Shown: piece by piece, positions 1 to 11,780 of the stretch
How positions within the stretch are numbered: position 1 is the stretch's first letter
Layout of the letters: every line of letters begins with the position of its first letter
Assembly: GCF_963921235.1 (NCBI RefSeq)
Contig: NC_086097.1
Location: 98,024,001 to 98,088,000 of the forward strand
Origin: Mobula hypostoma
Taxonomy: Eukaryota
Length of the DNA stretch: 64,000 bases
Reading direction: 5' to 3'
Made by a program: the position numbers and the translations under genes
The notes under the pieces: model-generated
The model's database searches: none
What the model saw: the letters and a program-made list of their open reading frames with translations, nothing else
Told to the model about the DNA's origin: nothing

Positions 1-361
1 CCAGCCCTGGTCCTCTTGCAGCCATGTCTCTGTTATTCCCACAACATCATAATTGCCAATTTCCAGCTGAGCCTCAAGCTCATCCACTTTATTTCTTATA
101 CTCCGTGCATTCATATATAATACTTTAAATCCTTTAAAGTAATACTTTTACTCCCCTCACCTTTCACATCGATTCCTATTGCACTTTGCCATACTTTGCA
201 ACCCATCCCTTCTATACAATTCATCCTTACCCCAAAACAGATCCCAGTGGTCCAAGAATCTGAATCCCTGCTCCCCACACCAGCTCCTCAGCCACACATT
301 CAAATCCCCTATTTCCCTGTTCCTGCCCTCACCAGCACAAGGAACTGGAAGCAAACCAGAG
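1..361 (-). mobile_element. CR1 LINE, 5' part (ORF1 esterase-like remnant and start of APE); equivalent to 61748-62108
   Basis: LNVWLRSWCGEQGFRFLDHWDLFWGKDELYRRDGL is typical of the CR1 ORF1 esterase. In copy 2 the same sequence adjoins NARSIRNK...GITETW (APE). Confidence 0.85.
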
Positions 362-950
362 AATTTGAATCCCTCACCACTTAATATCCTTGGGTTTACA
401 CTTGATAAGAGGCGGAACCGAAGGAACTATATACGCCAAGTGGCCACAGACGCAAGTTGGAAGTTGGGGATCTTCTGCTTAGTAACTCAGCTCCACATTC
501 CCCAAAGCCTGTCCACTACCTACAAGGTTTGTGTCAGGAGACTCTTCACTTGCCTGGATGATCTTCAACATCATTCACACCATGCAGAATAAAGCAGCCC
601 ATTTTGAAAGTACCCGTCCACAACTATTCACCCAGTCCACATCCAATGCACAGCAGCGACTGCAGTCTGTACCGTCTGCAGGATGCACTGCAGTAATTCT
701 CCAAGACTCCTGAGCCTTTTGCAAACCCACGACCGCTACCAGCAAGAAGATCAAGGACAGCAAAAGCATGAAGTTGTCCTCCAGCCCACACTGCATCCTG
801 ACTTTTAAATATATCATTATTCCTTCACAGTCACTGGGTCAATATCCTGATACTCCCTCAGTAGATTGTGAGACTGTGTGCATAACCACGACCTGGTTAC
901 TTCAGTGCCAATTTCTCAAACACAGTTAGGAATGGACAATTAAATGTTTG
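362..950 (+). mobile_element. Ancient CR1-type LINE 3' fragment; its 5' part corresponds to 58730-58976
   Basis: NILGFTLDKRRN...VATDASWKLGIF...PQSLSTTYK resembles a degraded post-RT region of CR1-group LINEs. Confidence 0.6.
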
Positions 951-1589
951 CTCTGCCTGCGAAGCTCACATCAATTAAAACAAAAGAGAGCACATGAAGT
1001 TTCTTGCCGTATTTCGTTTCACATGTCCCACGGGTAGGGTCAGTCCTCATTTACGAGCGAGGGTAGAGAAGGAAGAGGGTGGTTAGGAATCTCTCTCCTT
1101 TCTTGCAACATTTCAGCCGCCAGAAATTTGTTCGTCTAAATTCTACAATTAAAATTATTATGATATTGCGCTAAAGTCAATTTCATATTCAAAATACTGT
1201 TAATGTAAACTTGAATCAAATATTGCTGGATTGTTTTGTGCTTTAAATAATCCCAACTGGTCAGAACCCGATGTACAGTATGTTTTAAAATTTATTTGCC
1301 AGATTTAACCCGCATTTCTTTTTCCCCTTGTTTGTGGCCCTTGACAAGGTGGTGGAGAGTAGCCTTCGTGAACTTTTGCAGAACCTCTGGTGATGGACAT
1401 AGACACAGCAGTGGTGGAAGAATGGCAGTGAACCAGATAGTACTTGGTCCAGACACAGCCTGAACTTGCACCTCTTGTTATTCAGACAGATATATTTATT
1501 TTTTGGACTCTGGCAGTCCAGCCATTCTGCAAAGCTTGAGCAGTGCATGGTGGGTGACCATGCCACAGATACTGATCCTTAAAACCCTC

Positions 1590-1751
1590 CCCTTGGATAA
1601 CACAAAGGCCATAGGACTTAGGAGCAGAATTAAGCCATTTGCCCCGTCAAGTCTGCTCCACCATTCCATTATGGCTATTCTGTCTCTCAACACCATTCTC
1701 CTGCCTTGTCCCATAACTGTTGACACCCTTAATAATCCAGAAACTATCAAC
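1590..1751 (-). mobile_element. CR1 3' end fragment, left half of the target split by the 22.7-kb insertion
   Basis: CR1 3'-UTR/ORF-end sequence (ggagcagaattaagccattt...gacacccttaataatccagaaactatcaac) that resumes at 24503. Confidence 0.75.
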
Positions 1752-1805
1752 ACTCACAACACGCTGGAGGAACTCAACAGGTCGGGCAGCATCTGTGGAA
1801 ACGAA

Positions 1806-1843
1806 CAGTCAACGTTTCGGGCCGAGACCCTTCATCAGAACTG
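1806..1843 (-). ncRNA. Minimal type I hammerhead ribozyme motif in Penelope pLTR
   Basis: Minus strand reads cagtt-CTGATGA-agggtctcggccc-GAAA-cgtt-gactg. Confidence 0.75.
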
Positions 1844-2006
1844 AAGAGGAAGGGGGCAAGGGCCCTATAAAGAAGGTGGGAGGAGGGTGGGAAGGAAAAG
1901 GCTGGTAGGTGCCAGGTGAAAAACCAGTGAGGGGAAAGATAAAGGGGTGGGGGAGGGGATGAGCAGGAAAGGTGAAGAAGGAATAGGAGAAAGCACAATG
2001 GGTAGT

Positions 2007-4458
2007 AACATAGAAACATAGAAAGTAGGTGCAGGAGTAGGCCATTCGGCCCTTCAAACCTGCACCACCATTCAGTATGATCATGGCTGATCATCCAACT
2101 CAGAACCCTGTACCTGCCTTCCCTCCATACCCGCTGATCCCTTTAGCCACAAGGGCCATATCTAACTCCCTCTTAAATATAGCCAATGAACTGGCCTCAA
2201 CTGTTTCCTGTGGCAGAGAATTCCACAGATTCACCACTCTCTGTGTGAAGAAGTTTTTCCTCATCTCGGTCCTAAAAGGCTTCCCCTTTATCCTCAAACT
2301 GTGACCCTTCGTTCTGGACTTACCCAACATCGGGAACAATCTTTCTGCATCTATCCTGTCCAATCCCTTTAGGATTTTATATGTTTCAATAAGATCCCCG
2401 CTTAATCTTCTAAATTCCAACGAGTATAAGCCTAGTTCATCCAGTCTTTCATCATATGAAAGTCCTGCCATCCCAGGAATCAATCTGGTGAACCTTCTTT
2501 GTACTCCCTCTATGGCAAGAATGTCTTTCCTCAGATTAGGGGACCAAAACTGTACACAATACTCCAGGTGTGGTCTCACCAAGGCCTTGTACAACTGCAA
2601 TAGTACCTCCCTGCTCCTGTACTTAAATCCTCTTGCTATAAATGCCAGCATACCATTCGCCTTTTTCACTGCCTGCTGTACTTGCATGCCCACTTTCAAT
2701 GACCGGTATATAACGACACCCAGGTCTCGTTGCACCTCCCCTTGTCCTAATCGGCCACCATTCAGATAATAATCTGTTTTCCTGTTTTTGCCACCAAAGT
2801 GGATAACCTCACATTTATCCACATTAAATTGCATCTGCCATGAATTTGCCCACTCACCTAACCTATCCAAGTCATCCTGCATCCTCCTGGCATCCTCCTC
2901 ACAGCTAACACTGCCACCCAGCTTCGTATCATCCGCAAACTTGAAGATGCTGCATTTAATTCCCTCATCTAAGTCATTAATATATATTGTAAACAACTGG
3001 GTTTTCAGCACTGAGCCTTGCGGTACCCCACCAGTCACTGCCTGCCATTCTGAAAAGGTCCCGTTTATTCCCACTCTTTGCTTCCTGTCTGCCAACCAAT
3101 CCTCTATCCACAGCAATACCATACCCCCAATACCGTGATCTTTAAGTTTGCATACTAATCTCCTGTGTGGGACCTTGTCAAAAGCCTTTCGAAAATCCAA
3201 ATATAACACATCCACTGGTTCTCCCCTATCCACTCTACTAGTTACATCCTCAAAAAATTCTATGAGATTCGTCAGACATGATTTTCCTTTCACAAATCCA
3301 TGCTGACTCTGTCCGATGATTTCACCGCTTTCCAAATGTGCTGTTATCACATCTTTGATAATTGACTCTAGCATTTTCCCCTCCACCGATATTAGGCTAA
3401 CCAGTCTATAATTCCCCGGTTTCTCTCCCCGTCCTTTTTTAAAAAGCGGGGTTACATTAGCCACCCTCCAATCCTCAGGAACTAGTCCAGATTCTAAAGA
3501 GTTTTGAAAAATTATCACTAATGCATCCACTATCTCTTGGGCTACTTCCTTAAGCACTCTGGGATGCAGACCATCTGGCCCTGGGGATTTATCTGCCTTT
3601 AATCCCTTCAATTTACCTAACATCACTTCCCTACTGACATGTATTTCCCTCAGTTCCTCCATCTCACTACACCCTCTGTCCCCTACCTTTCTGGAAGATT
3701 ATTTATGTCCTCCTTAGTGAAGACAGAACCAAAATAGTTATTCAATTGGTCTGCCATGTCCTTGTTCCCCATGATCAATTCACCTGTTTCTGTCTGTAGG
3801 GGACCTACATTTGTCTTAACCAATCTTTCTCTTTTCACATATCTATAAAAGCTTTTACAGTCAGTTTTTATGTTCCCTGCCAGTTTTCTCTCATAATCTT
3901 TTTTCCCTTTCCTAATTAAGCCCTTTGCCCTCCTCTGCTGGACTCTAAATTTCTCCCAGTCCTCAGGTGAGCCACTTTTTCTGGCTAATTTGTATGTTTC
4001 TTCTTTGGAATTGATACTATCCCTAATTTCCCTTGTCAGCCACGGGTGCACTACCTTCCCTGATTTATTCTTTTGCCAAACCGGGATGAACAATTGTTGT
4101 AGTTCATCCATGCGATCTTGAAATGCTTGCCATTGCATATCCACCGTCAATCCTTTAAGTGTCATTTGCCAGTCTATCTTAGCTAATTCAGGTCTCATAC
4201 CTTCAAAGTTACCCTTCTTTAAGTTCAGAACCTTTGTTTCTGAATTAACTATGTCACTCTCCATCTTAATGAAGAATTCCACCATATTATGGTCACCCTT
4301 ACCCAAGGGGCCTCTCACGACAAGATTGCTAATTAACCCTTCCTCATTGCTCAATACCCAGTCTAGAATAGCCTGCTCTCTAGTTGGTTCCTCGACATGT
4401 TGTTCAAAAAACCATCCCGCATACATTCCAAGAAATCCTCTTCCTCAGCACCCTTACC
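2007..4458 (-). mobile_element. 5'-truncated CR1 LINE (end of APE + RT)
   Basis: ORFs 3683..4426 and 2100..3662 ([31 protein letters not shown]); (TTTCTATG)n-type tail at ~2007. Confidence 0.95.
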
Positions 4459-7400
4459 AAGAAGGAGGTGGAACCATGAGGGGGGTGATAGGCAGCTGGG
4501 GGAGGGGGCAGAGTGAAAATGGGGTGGGGGAAGGGTGGGGGAGGGAATTACCAGAAGTTGGAGAATTCAATGTTCATAGCAAGGGGCTGAGACTACCCAG
4601 ACGGTATATGAAGGGTTGCTCCTCCAACCTGAGTTCGGCCTCATCATGGCAGTAGAGGAGGCCATGTATGGACATATCCGAATGGGAATGTGATGCAGAG
4701 TTGAAGTGGGTGGCAACCAGGAGATCCTGCCTGTTGTGGGGGATGGAGCAGAGGTGCTCGTTGAAGAGGTTCACCAATCTACGTCGGGTCTCACCGATGT
4801 AGAGGAGGCTGCACCGAGAGCACCGGATGCAATAGATGACCCCAACAGACTCACAAGTGAAGTGTTGCCTCACCTGGAAGGTCAGCTTGGGGCCCTGAAT
4901 GCTGGTGAGAGAGGAGGTGTAGGGTCAGGTGTAGCACTTACACTTACAGGGATAAGTGACGGGTGGGAGATCCGTGGGGAGGGATTTGTAGACCAGGGAG
5001 TCGCGGAGGGAACGATCCCTGCAGAAAGCAGAGAGGGGTAGAGAGGGAAAGATGTGCTTAGTGGTGGAGTCCTGTTGAAGGTGGCAGAAGTTGCGGAGGA
5101 TGATGTGCTGGATCCGGGGGCTGGTGGGGTGGTAGGTGAGGACAAGGGGAACTCTATCCCTGTTGTGGTGACGGGAGGATGGGATGAGGGCCGAAGTGTG
5201 GGAAATAGAGGAGATGCGGGTGAGGACATCATTAATGACGGCAGAAGGGAAACTACGACCCCTAAAGAAAGAGGACATTTGAGATGTCCTGGAACGGAAC
5301 CCCTCATCCTGGGAGCAGATGTGGTGGAGATGGAGGAACTGGGAATAGGAAATAGCATTTTTGCATGTGGCAGGGTGGGAAGAGGTATAGTCGAGGTAGT
5401 TATGAGAGTCAGTGGGCTTATAGAAGATGTCAGTGGACAGTCTGTCTCCAGTGATGGAGACCGAGAGGTCGAGGAAGAGAAGCAAAGTGTCCGAGATGGA
5501 CCAAGTGAATTTGAGGGCTGGGTGGAAGTTTGAAGTAAAGTCGATGAAATTGACGAGCTCAGGATGGGTGCAGGAAGCAGTATCAATGTAGTCGTCAATG
5601 TAGCAAAGGAAAAGTTGGGGAGCAGTACCACTAAAGGTTTGGAGCATAGACTGTTCCAAATAACCAACAAAGAGGCAGGCATTGCTGGGGCCCATGTGAG
5701 TGCCCATAGCTACACCTTTGGTCTGAAGAAAGTGGGAACAGCCAAAACAGAAGTTATTAAGTGTGATTATCAGTTCTTCCAACCGGAGGAGGGTAGTGCT
5801 GGTGGGGAACTGGTGAGGTCTATTGTCCAGAAAGTAGTGGAGGGCTTTGAGGCCTTCTTGATGGGGAATGGAGGTGTATAAGGATTGGACATCCATAGTG
5901 AAAATGAAGCGGTCGGGATCAGGGGACTGGAAGTCATTGAAGAGGTGGAGGGCATGGGATGTATCCCGGATGTAGGTGGGGAGGGACTGAACTATGGGTG
6001 ACAAAATGGAGTCCAGGTAGGCAGATACAAGTTCAGTGGGGCACGAGCAGGCAGAAACTATGGGTCTACCGGGACAGTCAGGCTTGTGGATCTTGGGGAG
6101 GAGGTAAAACCGAGCAGTGAAGGGTGTAGGAATCATGAGATTAGCGGATGAGGATGGAATGTCCCCGGAGTTGATAAGGGTGGTGATGGTACGGGAGGGA
6201 ATGGTTTGAATTTTTTTGGTGGGGTCCTGTTCCAGGGGTAAGTAAGAGGAGGTATCAGAGAGCTGCCTTTTGACCTCAGTGAGGTAGAGGTCCATCCGCC
6301 AGACTACTACGGCACCACCTTTGTCTGAGGGTTTGATGGTGAGGTTGGGATTAATGCAGAGAGAGTGGAGGGCAGTGCGTTCAGAGGGAGTGAGGTTGGA
6401 ACAGGAGAGAGGAGTGGTGAAGTTGAGATGGTTGATATCTCGGCGACAGTTGGAGATAAAAAGATCGAGTGCAGGTAGAAGGCCTGGGCGGGGTGTCCAG
6501 GAGGAAGAGGAGGGTTGAAGATGGGAGAACGGGTCATCAGAAGGGGGAAGGGAATCCTTGCCATACAAGTAGGCTCAGAGACATAGGCGATGGAAGAAGA
6601 GTTCAGCGTCGTGGCGGGCACAGAATTCACTGAGGTGTGGACGGAGGGGGACAAAAATGAGGCCCTTGCTAAGGACAGAACATTCTGCTTCAGAGAGGGG
6701 AAGGTCAGAGAGGATGGTGAACACATGGCAAGGGTTGGGGCTGGGGTCAGAGGAGGGTAAAGAGTGGGAGGTCTCAGGAAGGAGAGGGGATTGGGATATT
6801 CAGGGAGAGCGGGGTTAGGGGATGATGAGGGATCAGAGGAATGGGGGGCGATGGGGGTAGGGGGAAGGATGGGAGTCGCGGGGAGGATAGAGGGTAGTGT
6901 AGGTATAAGACGAGCGGTAGGAACCAGCAGCAGTAAGAGCAGTCCCGGTCTGGAGAGGGTCAGGACCTCGGTCTGAGCTGGATCTGGAGCTGGGGGTGGC
7001 AGAGCCTGTGGCCTACAGGGCCCCAGAACTGAGGTCGGAGTCAGAGGCGAGTGAGTCCTTGGCCCGCCGGGGGCTGGTCCCCATGTCCGGGAGGCCGTGG
7101 TCAGAGTCAGAGGTGGATGGGTCTTCGGCCTGCCGAAGGTCTGAGAGGTCAGGGTCTGAGGAGTCGGGGTCCGGGCTGGAACCGGTCGTCGTCGTAGGCT
7201 GCAGGCGGGCGAGCTTGTGGTCCTTCTTGGACGGGAGGAAGGAAAAGAAACGGCGGTTGGAGGCGTGAATCCGGCAGAGAATGAAGTGTAGGAGAGGTCC
7301 ATGGCAGACGGTGGAGAGTGAGGCCCGGAGTGGTGGTAGAGAGAGGGACAGGGCCCGTAGGTATCTCCGCATGGCAGTGAGCGTGGCGCGGAGAATCCGG

Positions 7401-7794
7401 CGGGAGCAGCGGTCAATGAAACGGAGGTATCTGGGATCCTCGCTGGGCCCGAACTGGGAGGCCTGGAACTGGAGCTGGAATCCCTGCGGTAACAGACGGT
7501 GGTGGAGACACGTTCCCAGGAAGGAGACGTGGCTGTGGGAGCGGGTCTGGGTCAGGATCTGGTTGAAGAGACGGAGAGAGGCGGTGATCACAGAGGGGGA
7601 GCAGTGAGAGAGGGTCTCACTGAACTCCCGTCGAAGGGAAGATTTAAACTTCTTCAGGGTAGGCATACCTCGAAGAGACTTCACAGTGGAGTAGCGAATC
7701 AAAACATAAAATTCTCTGCAGATGCTAGGGTCAAAACAACACGCACAACACGCTGCAGGAACTCAGCAGGTCAGGCAGCATCCGTGGAAACGAA

Positions 7795-7832
7795 CAGACA
7801 ACGTTTCGGGCCGAGACCCTTCGTCAGGTCTG
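7795..7832 (-). ncRNA. Hammerhead ribozyme motif (Penelope pLTR)
   Basis: cagac-CTGACGA-agggtctcggccc-GAAA-cgtt-gtctg. Confidence 0.75.
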
Positions 7833-8204
7833 AAGAGGGAGGGGGCAGGAGCCCTATAAAGGGGAAAGAAAGGGGAAAGATCAAGGGGTGGAGGAGGGGA
7901 TAGGCAGGAAAGGTGAAAAAGGAACAGGGAAAAGCACAATGGGTCGTAAAAGGAGGAGGAACCATGAGGGAGGTGATAGGCAGCTGGAGGAGGGGACAGA
8001 GTGAAACTGGGATAGGAGAAGGGAGGGGGAGGAAATTACTGGAAGTTGGAGAATTCTATGTTCATACCAAGGGGCTGGAGACTACCCAGACGGTATATGA
8101 GGTGTTGCTCCTCCAACCTGAGTTTGGCCTCATCATGGCAGCAGAGGAGGCCATGTATGGACATATCTGAATGGGATGGTGAAGCAAGTTAAAGTGGGTG
8201 GCAA

Positions 8205-8350
8205 TTATTATTGATATATTGTTTAACATTGTTAATCAGGTATTTGGCAATTTAATTCCTCATTGTACATATTGACATGTTGACTTGATTACTATATTTT
8301 TTTGTTCATCTTCAATAATAATTAATAAAAAAGATTTAAAAATGAAAATG
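8205..8350 (+). mobile_element. 146-bp AT-rich insertion, likely an L1-like 3' tail, with 13-bp TSD
   Basis: aagtgggtggcaa at 8192-8204 and 8351-8363; insert ends aataaaaaagatttaaaaatgaaaatg. Confidence 0.7.
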
Positions 8351-10085
8351 AAGTGGGTGGCAACCGGGAGATCCTGTCTGTTCTGGTGGATTGAGTGGAG
8401 GTGCTCGACAAAGCGGTCCCCCAATCTGCATCGGGTCTCACCGATGTAGAGGAGGCCGCACCGGGAGCACCGGATGCAATAGATGACCCCAACAGACTCA
8501 CAAGTGAAGTGTTGCCTCACCTGGAAGGTCTGTTTGGGGCCCTGAATGGTGGCAAGAGAGGAGGTGTAGGGTCAGGTGTAGCACTTAGGCTTACAGGGAT
8601 AAGTGCTGGGTGAGAGATCCGTGGGGAGGGACGTGTCGACCAGGCAGTTGCGGCGGGAACGATCCCTGCAGAAAGCGGAGAGGGGTAGAGAGGGAAAGAT
8701 GTGCTTAGTGGTGGGGTCCTGTTGAAGGTGGTGGAAGTTGTGGAGGATAATGTGCTGGATCCGGAGGCTGGTGGGGTGATGGGTGAGGACAAGGGGAACT
8801 CTGTCCCTGTTGTGGTGACGGGAGGATGGGATGAGGGCCGAAGTGCGGGAAATGGAGGAGATGCGGGTGAGGGCATCATTGACAACGGCAAAAGGGAAAC
8901 CATGATCCTTAAAGAAAGAGGACATTTGAGATGTCCTGGAACGGAACCCCTCATCCTGGGAGCAGATGTGGTGGAGATGGAGGAACTGGGAATACGGAAC
9001 AGCATTTTTATATGCGGCAGGAGGGGAAGAGGTACAGTCGGCGTAGTTATGAGAGTCAGTGGGCTTATAGAGGATGTCTGTGGACAGTCTGTCTCCAGAG
9101 AAGGAGACCGAGATCGAGAAAGGGGAGAGAAGTGTCCGAGATGGACCAAGTGAATTTGAGGTCAGGGTGAAAGTTAGAAGCAAAGTCGAAGGAATTGACG
9201 AGCTCAGCATGGGTGCAGGAAGCAGCACCAATGTAGTCGTCAATGTAGCGAAGGAAAAGTTGGGGAGCAGTACCAATATAAGTTTGGAGCATAGTCTGTT
9301 CCACATAACCAACGAAGAGGCATATGCGAGTGCCCATAGCTACACCCTTGGTCTGAAGAAAGTGGGAAGAGCCAAAAGAGAAGTTATTAAGTGTGAGTAC
9401 CAGTTCCGCCAACCGAAGGAGTGTAGTGGTGGTGGGGAACTGGTGAGATCTATTGTCCAGAAATTAGCGGAGGTCTTTGAGGCCTTCTTGATGGGGAATG
9501 GAAGTGTGTAAGGATTGGACATCCATGGGGAAAATGAAGCGGTCGGGACCGGGGAACTGCAAGTCATTGAAGAGGTGGAGGGCATGGGATATATCCCGGA
9601 TGTAGGTGGGGTTTGATTTCCTTCTTCACCTTTCCTCCCTATCCTCTCCTTGCTTCCCCTCCCCCACTCCTTCATCTTTCTCCTTGCTAGTTTTTCAAAC
9701 CAAACAGTGCGGTGTGTGGGAATCATGAGTTTTGTGGCTGACGATGGATGGTCTCCGGAGTTGATAAGGGTGGTGGTGATGGTATGGGAGACAATGGTTT
9801 GATTTCCTTCTCTGCCTTTCCTGCCTATCCTCTCCCTGCTTCCCCTACCCCACCCCTTGATCTTTCCCCTTATTGGTTTTTCACCTGGCACCTACCAGCC
9901 TTCTCCTTCCCACCCTCCCCCTACCTTCTTTATAGCGCCCCGCCCCCTCCCTCTTCAGTCCTGATGAAGGGTCTTGGCCCAAAACATTGACTGTTCATTT
10001 CTACGGATGCTGCCCGACCTGCTGAGTTCCTCCAGCGTGTTTTGCGTGTTGCTTTGACCCCAGCATCTGCAGAGAATTTTGTGTT

Positions 10086-10795
10086 TCCAATGAAGTTACG
10101 TTGCCTTTTCATGATCTCATACATTATTTTTCTTTTTGTTCTTGCTCTGTTCATGACATCCTCGTTAGATATTCGTTTTGTCCATGATATTCTTGGCATC
10201 CTCCTCAAAAACCACATCTCTGCTGCTTCAATTCGTTTCCTCATGTTACTAGATATTGTCCAACATTCTCAGCCATATTACAGAACTGGATAAACGTAAC
10301 ATTTCAGTACTCTGAGGTGGGTTGTCATGCCTAGTTTAGTGTTGGTCAGTATACTCTTCATTCTCGTAAAGGTGTCGTTTGCCATCCCTATTCTTCTTTG
10401 ATGTCCATGTCGCACCTGCCATCTGATTTCACCCAGATTCCTCAGTAGCAAAAGCTCTGTACTTGTTTTATGTCTTCCCCATTTATTCTCAGCCTGCAGA
10501 TAGGATTCTCCTTCTTTTTGGATATCACCATACATTCTGTCTTTTTGCAATTGATAGATAGACAACAGTGTGTTTTCTCCCCTGATTTGTTTAATGTGTA
10601 CAGTGAAACAATAGTACAAAAAATAAGAGACATCTTGGTGGTGAAATCATCAATAATTTCAGATATGCAGATGACACTGTGTTAAATGCAAATACGGAGG
10701 AAGAACTGCAAAATTAATTGATATACTTGTTGAAGAAAGTGCAAAAATGGGTCTATCTATCAATTGCAAAAAGACAGTATGTACGGTGATATCCA
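10086..10795. mobile_element. RTE-clade LINE fragment with internal inversion (minus ~10086-10563, plus ~10564-10795)
   Basis: RIEAAEMWFLRRM.RISWT and RVLKCYVYPVL on minus; QQCVFSPDLFNVYSE on plus. Confidence 0.8.
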
Positions 10796-11780
10796 GTAGA
10801 ACAAGGAATTCCATTATCAGCATTGCCTCAGAGTCATGGTCAAGGGAGAGTGAGGGGCACTCACAGGAAGCATGGCCACAAAATTACCATGTTGAAATGA
10901 AAATGGACACCTCCTCTCCCCCTCCCAACAAGCACCAGTCACTAGAGGCTTCATTCTTTACTTTCACTATTTGGTGTTGGTTTATTATTGTCTCATGTAC
11001 TGAGATAGAGTGAAAAGCCTGACTTGCAAACTGTTGATACCGATCAAAACATCACACAGTGTAGAGGTAGAACAAGGTACAACAATGACAGAACGCAGAA
11101 TAAAGTGTAACTGCTCCATTGAGGTGCAGTGCTGGAAAACAATAAGGTGCAAGATTATAACAATTGACATTGTGAGGTCAACAGTCCATCTTATCACAGT
11201 AGAGGAACATTCAACAGAACACAGAACATTACAGCACAATACAGGCCATTCAGCCCACAATGTTCTGATAGTTTATCCTGATCCAAGATCTATGTAACCC
11301 TTCCCTCCTATGTGGCCCTCAGTCTCTCCCTCATCCATGTACCTATCAAGAGTTTAATTGTTCCTACTGTGTCTGTCCTAAATTCAATGACGGACGGGGT
11401 AGAAGCTATCCTCGAGCCTGTTGGAAAGTATTTTTGTGCTTTCCTATCTCCTGCCCGACGGGAGGGGGGGATAAGACAGAATATGGGAGGGGTCTTTGAT
11501 TGTGCCGGCTCTTTTACTGAGGCAGTGAGAAATGTAGAAGAGTCCAAGGAGGAGAGGAAGATTTCTGTGATGTGCTCAGTTGTGTCCGTAACAACCTGCA
11601 TTTTCCAAAAGTCACATGCTTGATCATGATGAGGTAGATTGTGATGTCATTATGATCCAGTAACTGACCACAAGAAACTGCAGGCTGAGTGCAGTTCATC
11701 TGAGTGCAGACGGAGAGGCTAGTCTCCTTGAGGTGCTGAGCTGCTTCGTCAAGATTTTCTTAGAATTACACACAAAATCT

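Larger units (their letters stand above)
1..2253. repeat. Copy 1 of a direct segmental duplication; copy 2 at 61748-64000 (offset 61,747 bp)
   Basis: Window start ccagccctggtcctcttgc recurs at 61748. ORFs 157..354, 179..592, 531..713, 575..817 and 1285..1566 translate identically to ORFs shifted by 61,747. Confidence 0.97.
1752..7705 (-). mobile_element. Near full-length Penelope-like element (RT + GIY-YIG), disrupted, interrupted by CR1 at ~2007-4458
   Basis: ORF pieces 7013..7702, 4925..6568 (KPSDKGG, FYLLPKIHKPDCPGRPIVS, QTKGVAMG, YIDD) and 4574..4873 (VIYCIRC...YIGET...EH, GIY-YIG). pLTR with hammerhead at 1752-2006 and from 4459 on. Confidence 0.93.
7706..10085 (-). mobile_element. Partial tandem Penelope copy (3' half) ending in an inverted pLTR at ~9806-10085
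   Basis: GIY-YIG ORF 8260..8520 and RT fragments 8572..9412; inverted pLTR with a degenerate hammerhead at 9956-9993. Confidence 0.88.
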
